Source of the DNA: Minisyncoccota bacterium
GTDB lineage: Bacteria > Patescibacteriota > Minisyncoccia > Phycocordibacterales > JABAAK01
DNA: 64,000 nucleotides
Reading direction: 5' to 3'
Assembly (NCBI GenBank): GCA_965222235.1
Contig: OZ244939.1
Span: 557,942 to 621,941 of the forward strand
The notes below the pieces were generated by a model. The model was not told the origin of the DNA. It did not search any database and was given only the letters and a program-made list of their open reading frames with translations. This document shows, piece after piece, positions 20,629-31,894 of the stretch (the first letter of the stretch is position 1; each line of letters begins with the position of its first letter). A program made the position numbers and the translations under genes.

Positions 20629-21357
20629 TTAATCCCTCATTCCAATCTCTTTTTCTAATATTTTGATAAGTTCTATAATCTGTGGAATATCCAATTCGTC
20701 TATCTCAGATTTTCTCTTTATTAAATGATACCAGGAGTGTACCCGATTATTGGTTTCTGTTTTTAGTTTATCTGCAAGATTATAAAGGCGTTCCACTGCT
20801 TTGATCTTTGTACCAAAGTCACTCTTCTTATTATGTAAATTTTTGAGTATAACGCCGAAATCCCTAAGCCTTCTTTGATCTGTGTCAAAATAGAGATTTT
20901 TTTCTTTTGGATATTTTTTACAAAGTATATCTATGATTAGGTTTTCTATGATTTTTCGTGACAGGATGGAAACGGAAGTGTAGCAGCCATATGTGTACGC
21001 TTTGTTGATTTCATCAATATGTCCTTTTACAAAATGTTTGTCTGTCTCATACTCAAAGAGCACCAGTATCTCCTTCTTTTTTCTGCCACCTTCTCTTTTT
21101 ATTGCAGGTTTTGAGGTTTGGGGTATGTGTGATGGCGTTGATATAATACGTTTCTCCTCAGCAGATAATTTTTTTTGAAAGGTGGTACAAGGAACCCCTT
21201 CTTGTTTGGATATCATTACGAGAGCAACATCAGAGGAAACACTCTGTGTTCTTGATTTCCTGGAGATCCTCTCTTTTACACTTTTTCCCTTTGATCCTGT
21301 TTTTTCAGCAATTTTTTTGATCAACTTTTCTTTTGCTGATTTTTTAGTATCGTTCAT
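20629..21357 (-). CDS. Hypothetical protein with a possible DUF4145/HEPN-like C-terminal domain
   Basis: EINKAY..GCYTSVSILSRKIIENL...NNRVH. Confidence 0.5.
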   Translation of the reverse strand: MNDTKKSAKEKLIKKIAEKTGSKGKSVKERISRKSRTQSVSSDVALVMISKQEGVPCTTFQKKLSAEEKRIISTPSHIPQTSKPAIKREGGRKKKEILVLFEYETDKHFVKGHIDEINKAYTYGCYTSVSILSRKIIENLIIDILCKKYPKEKNLYFDTDQRRLRDFGVILKNLHNKKSDFGTKIKAVERLYNLADKLKTETNNRVHSWYHLIKRKSEIDELDIPQIIELIKILEKEIGMRD

Positions 21358-21361
21358 ATAT

Positions 21362-21550
21362 TTATGTCGATCTCCCGCCCCTCTTATTCTTTTCTCTGTG
21401 TAAGTAAAAACTTCTTGAAATATGTGACTGGTCTACACCAAGTATTTTTGCAATATCTTGCTGGGGTGCACCTTCCTTTGATATGATGAATACCAAGAGT
21501 CGCTTGATATCTTCCAGATCTTTCTCCATTTTACTTTCCTTTGTTTTCAT
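21362..21550 (-). CDS. Small HTH protein
   Basis: PQQDIAKILGVDQSHISR. Confidence 0.7.
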   Translation of the reverse strand: MKTKESKMEKDLEDIKRLLVFIISKEGAPQQDIAKILGVDQSHISRSFYLHREKNKRGGRST

Positions 21551-21731
21551 ATATCCATTTCTTTTTTTTATCCAGGTCTTTCAGGTATGAGTTTAATTTG
21601 CCTGTTGAGATACCTATTCTTTTTGCTATGTCGGGCTGACCTAACCCGGTTTGGTGATAAAGAAGGGCAGTAATCTGTCTCAACAGTTCTATAACTTCTT
21701 CTTCGTTGCTTTTCTTTTTTGTTCTTTGCAT
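21531..21731 (-). CDS. Small HTH protein
   Basis: GQPDIAKRIGISTGKLNSY. Confidence 0.7.
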   Translation of the reverse strand: MQRTKKKSNEEEVIELLRQITALLYHQTGLGQPDIAKRIGISTGKLNSYLKDLDKKKKWIYENKGK

Positions 21732-21735
21732 AAGA

Positions 21736-21948
21736 CTATTTTTTGTTTTTTGATTTAATTACAGCAACATAGTTTTTGCTCGTGGACAGTATCTCTGCGA
21801 TTTCTTCATTGGTCAGATCGAACTCGTTGAGAAATTTAATGTTTTCTGTGGCATCAGAGTCACCCTCTCTTTTGATCATCAGGGCAATGAGTACTGACAT
21901 TTTTTTTGACAATGATCTGAGCAGATCTGTGCTTGTTTGTTGCTCCAT
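21736..21948 (-). CDS. Small HTH protein
   Basis: LTNEEIAEILSTSKNYVAV. Confidence 0.7.
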   Translation of the reverse strand: MEQQTSTDLLRSLSKKMSVLIALMIKREGDSDATENIKFLNEFDLTNEEIAEILSTSKNYVAVIKSKNKK

Positions 21949-22122
21949 ATAATTATACTATGTTTCTTAATATTTTTATCATATACCTATATTACTTACT
22001 GTATTCAGTATACTTGAATTTCGTATAATATAGATATACCTTATATTGTATACGACACTTGATGTATGTCAATATGTTTGTTATACTTTACTTATGCAAC
22101 CCAAGGCGTACACTTTGGGTAT

Positions 22123-22824
22123 ATGGATAAAATAAACGATACACAGTCTTTTGACTTATTTCTACAGAGTGTCGATCTGAATAAGTATAGGGAGAAGTAC
22201 AAGCCAATCAAATTGGTGGAGATGGATTTGCCGAGAGATATTCAGGTATTGGACCTTATGTACGAGATTTATTGGGACAAGCGAGAGTATGTTGACTTCG
22301 ATGACTTCTACAAGAGTTATGAAAAACGGTACAAGGGTGAGATAGAGTCGTTCAGAGAAAAAATAACAATGTGCCCTAATTGTTTCTATCGGGGATTGCC
22401 TGCGAGAATATACAGAACTTGGGCAAGTATTATTACACAAATACATGCCGGCTATGTTGCTGAGCGGGTATTTGGTGCTGACATGGTGCGTATGTCCACC
22501 GAGCTTGACAGAAAGAGTGCAGATATACAGGTTTCTTATAAAGGACGCACACTGAATTATCAGGTTAAGAAAGTTACAAAGAGTCGGGAGGTGCGCGTAC
22601 AAAAAACTACAAACAAGCAGTTGGAGGGTGAGGCAATAGACATCAAATATTTTGTTCCTACACAGGAAGTTTTTGAAAAACCAAAGAAACTAAATGGTGA
22701 GTACAGAAAGCCATACCGTGATTTTATGGAAAACAAAAACTTAAAGAGGTTGGATAACGGCTTTGTGGTATTTACCCCTCATGTTTTTCGTGAGAAAAAA
22801 GAAGAGATTGATGTTTCTCGTTGA
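22123..22824 (+). CDS. TaqI-family restriction endonuclease (TCGA likely)
   Basis: FLQSVDLNKYREKYKPIKLVEMDLPR, ARIYRT..SI.TQ.H, QVKK, RLDNGFVVF resemble R.TaqI as recalled. Confidence 0.85.
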   Translation: MDKINDTQSFDLFLQSVDLNKYREKYKPIKLVEMDLPRDIQVLDLMYEIYWDKREYVDFDDFYKSYEKRYKGEIESFREKITMCPNCFYRGLPARIYRTWASIITQIHAGYVAERVFGADMVRMSTELDRKSADIQVSYKGRTLNYQVKKVTKSREVRVQKTTNKQLEGEAIDIKYFVPTQEVFEKPKKLNGEYRKPYRDFMENKNLKRLDNGFVVFTPHVFREKKEEIDVSR

Positions 22825-24109
22825 GTTCTTGGTTTTTTAAGAGGCCATCAGCTAGCCGGATGTATTCTTTATTAATTTCCATACCGATAAAATCATGCCC
22901 GAGCTGTTTTGCTGTAAAACACTCTGATCCGGACCCGGCGAACGGGATAAGGACTAACCCCTTTTGTTCAAGGCAGGAATTGATAAGTTTTTCTGTGAGT
23001 AAGGATGGTTTTTGTGTTGGGTGTTTGAGGGTGTTATGCTTTCTGTGTTCTTCCAAATGTTTTGCCACATATGTTTCACCACAAGTTTTACAAAGAAAAT
23101 GCCGTTCTGATCTGCCGGCACCCCCGGCAAGCGCGGGTACTTTGATAACATCTCTTGGTAGGGCACCTTTTTTGTGTGCTTTGTATATTGTTGTGCTTTC
23201 TCCCTTGCTAAATCTGCAGGATTTTGAATTTCTTGTTTTGCCAGCAGAGTTTTTGAGGAATGTTTCTGAGTACGGTTCTCTAACTGCATCTCTGAAGAAT
23301 GTTGGCTTTTTTTCTTTCCATACACATAATATGCTTTCATGACTTCGTTGCCAGAAATTGAGAGAAGCAACATTTTTATTAGTGTAATGCCAGATCAACC
23401 ATCGTTTGTTTACCTGTATGTTTGGTGTGATATGTGCCAGTATTTCACTGAATCCGTAGATAAACATGGTCCCTTCATTTTTAAGGCATCGTAATCCCTC
23501 ATTAACCCATGTGTTGCACCATCCGACATACTCATCAATCTCTCTTTTATCTTTATTATTTCCAAAATCTTTTCCTATGTTGTATGGCGGATCTGCGATG
23601 ATAACATCAACACTTACATTTGGCATCTTTCGCATTTCTATTAATGCATCTCCGTGAATTATGGTATTTTCTTTTGGTATTTCTGTATTCAGTATTCTTT
23701 TTGAAACAAGATTAACACTCTCTTGTTCTTGTGTTTCAATTTTTCCCGTTACTACACCAAGAATGTCAATCTTATTTTTAGGAAATGATAGCAATTCTCC
23801 ATTGTCAGATATTAGCGTAATATTCCTTTTTGTTACATTTTTAATTCTTTTTATGGTGTCTCCTTTTTGTGTTCTTGCAATAATAACATCATCTTGTTTT
23901 GCTTGCGTTGCGTCTTCTACAAGAATAGTTGTACCATTTTTATAGGTATGTCGCATGCTATCGCCACTCACTGTTAGGGAATAATATTTTTTATTTGGTT
24001 TTAATATGTTTTCGGGGATAGTAATTGTTGAGAAGGTGCCACATATCGCTGTGCCGAGTGAGGTTTCGGCATAAACCTTACCGAGGAAAGGTATTTTTAC
24101 ATATTTCAT
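22772..24109 (-). CDS. Beta-class DNA amino-methyltransferase with an N-terminal LexA/S24-like domain
   Basis: IPFLGKVYA...VSGDSM...TIKR, then IIADPPY, HPTQKP, PFAGSGS; convergent with and overlapping the endonuclease. Confidence 0.8.
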   Translation of the reverse strand: MKYVKIPFLGKVYAETSLGTAICGTFSTITIPENILKPNKKYYSLTVSGDSMRHTYKNGTTILVEDATQAKQDDVIIARTQKGDTIKRIKNVTKRNITLISDNGELLSFPKNKIDILGVVTGKIETQEQESVNLVSKRILNTEIPKENTIIHGDALIEMRKMPNVSVDVIIADPPYNIGKDFGNNKDKREIDEYVGWCNTWVNEGLRCLKNEGTMFIYGFSEILAHITPNIQVNKRWLIWHYTNKNVASLNFWQRSHESILCVWKEKKPTFFRDAVREPYSETFLKNSAGKTRNSKSCRFSKGESTTIYKAHKKGALPRDVIKVPALAGGAGRSERHFLCKTCGETYVAKHLEEHRKHNTLKHPTQKPSLLTEKLINSCLEQKGLVLIPFAGSGSECFTAKQLGHDFIGMEINKEYIRLADGLLKNQELNEKHQSLLFSHEKHEG

Positions 24110-24232
24110 ATATATATAGTGTAACTGGAAAATTAGGTCATGTAGAAAAATCCACCATCGTATATGGAAATCCACTCATGCAAGAGTTCTTGCGAAATTG
24201 CATGAGCGGATTGCTAATAATTCACACCAATC

Positions 24233-24645
24233 CCACCCCATTTTCTTCTTCAATTCAGTACCGCCCCCTTCACGCGCTCCGCGCGGAAAAAAGGCAGAAG
24301 AAAATGGAGATGGTGATTGGCGTTACCGATGGTGGCAAAGCCGCCAGTCGGATGAGCGAAGTGGAAAAATTTGCGCGATGCGAGCTTGCGCATGCTTGCG
24401 AGCGACGCTCCGAATTCTTTGGTGAAAGGGTTTACTGAGCAATTGGAGCGTATGATTGGGATTAAAGTTACTGAGTGGGCGGAGCGGACGAGGTGTTTTC
24501 AAAATGTTTTTTCAGTTCAAGCAGAAGGTTGTGAACAAGGCTTGATGGGAAGATGGAGTCCGCTTTCACGGACCTATTGATATGGCGCGCCCTATGGGCG
24601 CGCAAAAAGGGGGAAGAATAAAGGATGTGCCACGCGTTGCGTGGC
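24233..24645 (-). repeat. Internal 413-bp inverted attP-like junction (arm A' plus arm B sharing AGGCTTGA at 24538-24545)
   Basis: 24233-24545 is the reverse complement of 20276-20588; 24538-24645 is the reverse complement of 26211-26318. Confidence 0.95.
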
Positions 24646-24813
24646 ACACTGATTTTTCAAAAAGATTTTTGTCCGAACGCAGAAATATTTTGTGTTGTAT
24701 ACTAACAGTGCAACCCAAGATAGTATAAGGATTAAAATCGCCTCATCAGACCGGAGTTCTTATGCTTTGGGTTGCACTGGTGGGGCGATTTTAATTCATT
24801 CTGTTTCAACAAT

Positions 24814-26479
<1,666 letters not shown>

Positions 26480-26484
<5 letters not shown>

Positions 26485-27441
26485 TGGTTCAATACATTTG
26501 CACATGAGTGTACCACATCTATGGGTTTCTTAAGGTCAATGCCGAAATGCGGTCTCTCATGGTTGTAATGATGGAGGTATTGGGCGTATTGTTCTCTGAG
26601 ATCGTCATATTCTTTGAAAGGAGCCTTGTAGTAGATGAACTCCTCCTCATCAGTCCTGAACGATCGTTCAATGACGGCATTCTCGTTAGGACTTGATTTG
26701 TGAATATAGTGGTGTTTTGTACAGAGAGCAGTTACATGGGTATGGAATCTTTTTTGAAATTCAAGACCGTTATCCGTTTGGATGAATACTGTTCTGAAGG
26801 GTAGACGGTTCACTATTTCCGTCATAGCTGAAATGGCATTATTCTGATTCAGATCATTGTATATGACGGCATCCTTGTATCGGGAGTAAATGTCTATGAT
26901 GGCATACTCGAAACAGGTCCAGGGCAATCCTGTCAATTCAGGGGTGAGGTACTTCACATCCATCTGGAGGTAGCCGACGGTTTCAGCGTTCTTTGCGTGC
27001 ATATGTACTGTATTCTGACACAAGGGACGACGATGTCGCTTCTTCTGTCGTATGTAGCCACGGGCTATCAGGAACCGTTTCACCGTACTTACTGATACCG
27101 CTATACCGGTTTCCTCCCTGAGTTTCTCGGCACACCATCCCCGTTTCTGCCTCATTGCCGCAATGACTACTCTTTCCTCCCCGGAGAGTGCCGGTTCCCT
27201 CAGTCTCTTCGGTCTCGTGCTCTTCCGCTGCAGTCCCCGCATGACATACCGCGGTTCCCCGTAGGGATACGGTGACCGTGCCCGTCTCAGCCACCGGGAT
27301 ACCGTGGTTCTGTGGATACCGAGCAGTTCAGCAGTATGCTGTATATCTCTTGTTTCTTTGTATATTTGAATGATTTTCTTGGGATGTTGTCTCATACATC
27401 TGCAGTATCGCTGCTATGTGCAAATGTATTGAACCATTAAG
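26480..27441 (-). mobile_element. Second IS481-like copy (transposase 26481..27395), target duplication ATATAC
   Basis: Identical protein and TIRs; atatac at 26474-26479 and 27442-27447. Confidence 0.9.
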
Positions 27442-27643
27442 ATATACTTGATTTTTATGTGTCTGTACGATAAAATTTCTCTATATGTTCTCTATATGAA
27501 AAAAGTATTTGGTTTTCCTTGGGGTTTAGTATTCTTTTTCTTTTTATCCCTCCTTGTTTTAGTATGGGCATTTATATCTCTTTATTCTAATAACTTGGAA
27601 TACGCTTTCTATTTTTTTTAAAGAGCTTTATATTATTATTCTT

Positions 27644-28027
27644 ATGACCACATTCGGCTTTCTTTTAGTATCTGCCAGTAATCTTCTAAGCGTTGTAAGT
27701 ACCATAAGGCTGTACCCTGAATCGTTTGATGAGATTGAAGACTGGAGAAATAGAAATGTCTCTCTTAAAAAAGAAACCCTTGCCCTTTTGTTTATTTTTT
27801 TACTAGTGTCTCTTTCAACATGGCTCTTTGCTGTAGTTCCAATAGAAAAATTTTTAATAGGAGGGGGTGGTTTATATCAATTCTATCTGAACGCATCTGT
27901 TTCTATGGTTTCTCTACTTTTTATGATCGGTTCGGTCTTTTTCATGATGTATACCGCTTCACGCTTGCAAGAGGAAAACACATTTAACGCACTAAAGACA
28001 GCGAAGGATTTGAATAGTAAGGTGTAA
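27644..28027 (+). CDS. Low-GC membrane protein (possibly 5'-disrupted)
   Basis: Hydrophobic ORF. Confidence 0.45.
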   Translation: MTTFGFLLVSASNLLSVVSTIRLYPESFDEIEDWRNRNVSLKKETLALLFIFLLVSLSTWLFAVVPIEKFLIGGGGLYQFYLNASVSMVSLLFMIGSVFFMMYTASRLQEENTFNALKTAKDLNSKV

Positions 28028-28079
28028 TTCGTTGCCCGAATTGCTCTTATTACCTATACTGGGCCATAGTGTTGTCACC

Positions 28080-28673
28080 ATGAATCAGAGAAGAATATAT
28101 ATACTCATATTTTCCGTTATCGCCTTTCAGGCATTGCTCACCCTCTTTTTTGTTGTCACCATCATATATCCGGGCGAACACGCGCTGAGGAAGCAGTACT
28201 ATCAGTCCCAGTCCGCGACCCTGGTGAGTCCGCACGGTCTGCGGGAGAAGATTCTGCACGGCGACCGGTCATACATTATCGTTGACACCAGAGACAAGGA
28301 GTCATACGAGGCGGAGCATATTGTCGGTGCGGTGCACATTGAACCGGTTGAGGGTATGGTTGAGCGGTTCAGGGAGCTGCGGCAGATGTATCCGGACAGA
28401 GAGATTGTCATCTACTGCTATACCCATGTGTGCATGCGCGGCAGAAAGATCGGGAAGGTGCTCGCGGAGAACGGTCTGTATGTGCAGGAGTTGGGGATAG
28501 GGTTTAACGAATGGAAAAACTTCTGGCGTGAATGGAACTATGAGAACGAGTGGTCCGACATCACTATTTCCGACTACGTTACCGACGGTCCCGAGCCCGG
28601 TGAGTTCGCCAATCCTGTACCGAAAAAACTGTTTAATCCGTCGTGCGGGAGTGTGCCGGGGTTTGAGTGTTAA
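28080..28673 (+). CDS. Rhodanese-like domain protein with N-terminal TM helix
   Basis: IIVDTR...HIVGA...IVIYC...C. Confidence 0.8.
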   Translation: MNQRRIYILIFSVIAFQALLTLFFVVTIIYPGEHALRKQYYQSQSATLVSPHGLREKILHGDRSYIIVDTRDKESYEAEHIVGAVHIEPVEGMVERFRELRQMYPDREIVIYCYTHVCMRGRKIGKVLAENGLYVQELGIGFNEWKNFWREWNYENEWSDITISDYVTDGPEPGEFANPVPKKLFNPSCGSVPGFEC

Positions 28674-28683
28674 CAGCGCCGGA

Positions 28684-29190
28684 TCATCGGTCTGCGCTTG
28701 ACAGGTCAGTGAATATCGTGTATCCCCGCCATGCCCGGGAAAATGCCGTAAACGGTACAACGATATCCGGACCGCCGTGTTCGTAGTCCGGATCCTGTAT
28801 GACGAATGCATCGTCGGTCACGGCGGTGATGACGACGAGGTGTGTTGAACCGGAGCCGGGATCAAATCCACGATGCACCGAAACGATGACGGGATTCCCC
28901 GCCGCGGTCTGCTCCCGTATTTTTTTCACGCCCGCGGTAAACAGTGCCGTATCGCCGTCCGGCAGGGTAAACTCCTGGGTATATGCCGGCAGTTTCCGGT
29001 TCGTGAGCATCCGCGCGAGCGTTGAATGTTTCCATCCGATGCCGTCAAGGTATCCCCGCAGTGCCAGCGCTTCCTCAACAAGCGTGTCCGTCATAACCGG
29101 CTGTCCCGCAACGCCGAGCACCATGCCGACGCAGGCGATACCGCACCCCCGTTTCTCCCATCCGGTAATATCCCTCTGGTTGATGTACAT
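28684..29190 (-). CDS. Peptidase C39-like protein
   Basis: Q...GCGIAC...HLVVI...IQDP. Confidence 0.75.
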   Translation of the reverse strand: MYINQRDITGWEKRGCGIACVGMVLGVAGQPVMTDTLVEEALALRGYLDGIGWKHSTLARMLTNRKLPAYTQEFTLPDGDTALFTAGVKKIREQTAAGNPVIVSVHRGFDPGSGSTHLVVITAVTDDAFVIQDPDYEHGGPDIVVPFTAFSRAWRGYTIFTDLSSADR

Positions 29191-29349
29191 ACGATAGTAA
29201 GTATACAGCAGAAATGTAGACGACGGACAGCCCGGACAATTGTGGAAAACAATGTTGATAACAAGTGGAAAAAATGCTGCGAAATACTTGAAAAGAACAC
29301 TGTTGTATGGTACATATATTGTGTAAGCACGGTAACGGGCGTTGTAGAT

Positions 29350-30003
29350 ATGAAAAACACAATGTACATAACTCATCTGATGAATGTATGTCTGTTTCTA
29401 TGTGCCGTCTCGGTCTCCGTCTCGGTTATGACCTACGCCGCGAATACCGTTGAGTTTTCATTCACCATCAGCCCGGGACAGCTGACGGCTGATATCAGGA
29501 CGATCACCACTCAGAATTCCGTTGCCGCTCCCGAGGTCGCTTTCGGCAGCACAGCATTCAAAAGAGCGGACAATGCGGTGAGTGCGACGCTTCCGGCGAG
29601 CGGACAGGAGTTGTTCATTGATAATCAGGATGCGGCTGACAGCGGCTGGACGCTCACCATCGCCCCCGAGGGCGGCGGAGGCGGTACGAGTACCTGGGTC
29701 GGAGCGGACCACACACTGACAATCAACAGCGCAACCGGCGGACGGCTGACCATTAATCCCGGTGACGGTACACTCACCAGTTACAGTCCGACAAATGTGA
29801 CATGTAGCACGAGCGGTGTGTCCCTCGGAGGAGAGACCAGCTTTGTCTCAAATAATTCGGTGACCCTTCTCACGGCGGCGGGCGGAGCCGCTGATATTTG
29901 TCAGTACGGCATGACAGGCATCTCGATGGTGCAGCGGGTACCGGTGAATCAGCCGGCGGATAATTACTCAATTACCATGTCATTGACCGTTGCGGCGACC
30001 TAA
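29350..30003 (+). CDS. WxL-domain-like secreted protein
   Basis: Signal peptide; SGWTL; YSITMSLTV C-terminus; paralogue of the next gene. Confidence 0.65.
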   Translation: MKNTMYITHLMNVCLFLCAVSVSVSVMTYAANTVEFSFTISPGQLTADIRTITTQNSVAAPEVAFGSTAFKRADNAVSATLPASGQELFIDNQDAADSGWTLTIAPEGGGGGTSTWVGADHTLTINSATGGRLTINPGDGTLTSYSPTNVTCSTSGVSLGGETSFVSNNSVTLLTAAGGAADICQYGMTGISMVQRVPVNQPADNYSITMSLTVAAT

Positions 30004-30128
30004 AAACGTTGAAAATATGCCACATAGTCCGATGTGGATAATTTTGTTGTAAAAAAAATTTCATGTTATAAAGATAGTATTGCCATGAAAGATTAATTCA
30101 TGGTTATTATAAGCTCCTTTATTGCTTT

Positions 30129-30785
30129 ATGATAAAATCGTTTACGTTAAAATCAATCAGTATCCCCGTCGCTGTAGTGTGCGGTATGTTTTCTTTATTA
30201 GCTGTCGTATACGCGGCGAACACGGTACAGTTTTCGCTGGTCATCAGTGCGGGTTCACTGACGGTTGATATTAGATCAACCGGCACCGGCGCATCCGTTG
30301 CCTCGCCGCAGATTGCATTTTCCAATCGTAATTTCAGTGCCGGTGGGCAGTCAGCAGCCGGCATCCTGCCGGCGATCGGACAGGAAATATTTGTTGACAA
30401 CCAGGACAGTGCCGATAGCGGGTGGACGCTTAGCATCGCGCCGACAGGGAGCGATCGCAACGCTACCTGGGTCGGTGCGAACGCAGCAACAAACACGTTG
30501 ACTATAAACAGCCCAACGGGCGGATTACTGACCGTTGACCCGTCTGCCGCAGTAATATCCAGTGTTAATCCGACCGGAGTGACGTGTAATACAGACGGAG
30601 TTTCTCGGGAATCATCTGCAAATTTCACCTCAGTTGATTCAATAACCCTGCTTACCGCAACCTCCGCCTCCGACGACATTTGTCAGTACACGTTGAGCCA
30701 AGTCGATCTTACCCAGACTATTCCCGCAAACCAGGCTGCCGATTCGTACTCACTCGGCATGACACTGACGACAACAGCTTCATAG
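30129..30785 (+). CDS. WxL-domain-like secreted protein
   Basis: SGWTLS; YSLGMTLTT C-terminus. Confidence 0.65.
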   Translation: MIKSFTLKSISIPVAVVCGMFSLLAVVYAANTVQFSLVISAGSLTVDIRSTGTGASVASPQIAFSNRNFSAGGQSAAGILPAIGQEIFVDNQDSADSGWTLSIAPTGSDRNATWVGANAATNTLTINSPTGGLLTVDPSAAVISSVNPTGVTCNTDGVSRESSANFTSVDSITLLTATSASDDICQYTLSQVDLTQTIPANQAADSYSLGMTLTTTAS

Positions 30786-30817
30786 GAATCGGGAAAAGCG
30801 GGATACAATGAAGATAT

Positions 30818-31894
30818 ATGCCGATTTCTCTCCAAAGCTCATTAACGGTTAGTGCGGCAGCACTGCTATTGCTCACCGTCCTTACCGTTAATGCGGCGGG
30901 GGTCAGCGGCACCCCGGCATACCCGAGGCTGGAGAATAAGCGATCGTCATCAATATTCGTGCACACACTCAATCCGGACGAGCCCGTCAAGGACGGTGTC
31001 CTCATTTCAAACAATACTGACGAGCAGAAAACAATTAATGTATATGCGACGGATTCCGCGAAGTCAAGCGGCGGCGGATTTGCCTGCGCGCAGCGACTGC
31101 GGGAGTACAAAAAGGTTGGTACCTGGATCACTATGGAGCAGGATCAGGTGGTTCTTGAGCCCGATCACTATATCATCGTTGATTTCACCATTCAAATCCC
31201 CGGGGGAAATGACGAAGATGAACAGGAAGAAGATAGCGGGGAAGAAATCTTATCGGGAGAATACAACGGATGTATTGTCGTTGAGGAAGAAAAGGAACAG
31301 ACGAAGCAGGCCGGTGTTTCCATATCGTTCAGAAGCGCCACACGCGTTGCTATCACCATTTTGGGAGAACACAATGAACGGATTCTCAAAAATCCGGGGT
31401 TCAGTGTAACGAGCGGGGATGTTAGGTACACGGAAAAGGGGGAGAGTGAAAAGATACGGCTGAAAAGTTCCGTTGAGAACAAAGGAAATATTTCCGTTGA
31501 TACCAGGGCAATGCTGACGGTCAGAAATATGTTCGGCATGACTGTCTTTAAGAACGAGGTAACGTTCCCCGTGCTGCCGTCAAGCGAGAAGGAATGGTTT
31601 TTTGATATCCCGAAGCCGTTCCTCGGAGGAAAATACACGGCTGACCTCGCGTTTAACTATGACAGGGAAGGCACCGCGGTCGGCGAAAGCAGCAGCGCAG
31701 CAGATGAGGAGCTGCGGGCGCAGCAGACCGTCTTTTACACCTATCCTCATCCCGCTGCTGTTTTGATGTATGTCCTGCTGTTTATTCTGCTGCTGCTGCT
31801 CTTCGGTGTATACTGGTACTGCAGGAACTGCAGGAGAGGGTCCGCAAGGAGAAGAACGATGGGAAAGAAAGTGCGGTCGGTGCATAAAAAATGA
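30818..31894 (+). CDS. DUF916/DUF3324-like WxL-interacting membrane-anchored protein
   Basis: ISNNTD..KTINVYATD, GEYNGCI, ENKGN, C-terminal TM helix plus basic tail. Confidence 0.7.
   Translation: MPISLQSSLTVSAAALLLLTVLTVNAAGVSGTPAYPRLENKRSSSIFVHTLNPDEPVKDGVLISNNTDEQKTINVYATDSAKSSGGGFACAQRLREYKKVGTWITMEQDQVVLEPDHYIIVDFTIQIPGGNDEDEQEEDSGEEILSGEYNGCIVVEEEKEQTKQAGVSISFRSATRVAITILGEHNERILKNPGFSVTSGDVRYTEKGESEKIRLKSSVENKGNISVDTRAMLTVRNMFGMTVFKNEVTFPVLPSSEKEWFFDIPKPFLGGKYTADLAFNYDREGTAVGESSSAADEELRAQQTVFYTYPHPAAVLMYVLLFILLLLLFGVYWYCRNCRRGSARRRTMGKKVRSVHKK

Noticed and set aside
20250-24580. Identical small ORFs at 20250-20617 and 24025-24580
   Set aside because: By-products of the inverted arm A; only the tail frame is conserved between diverged arms
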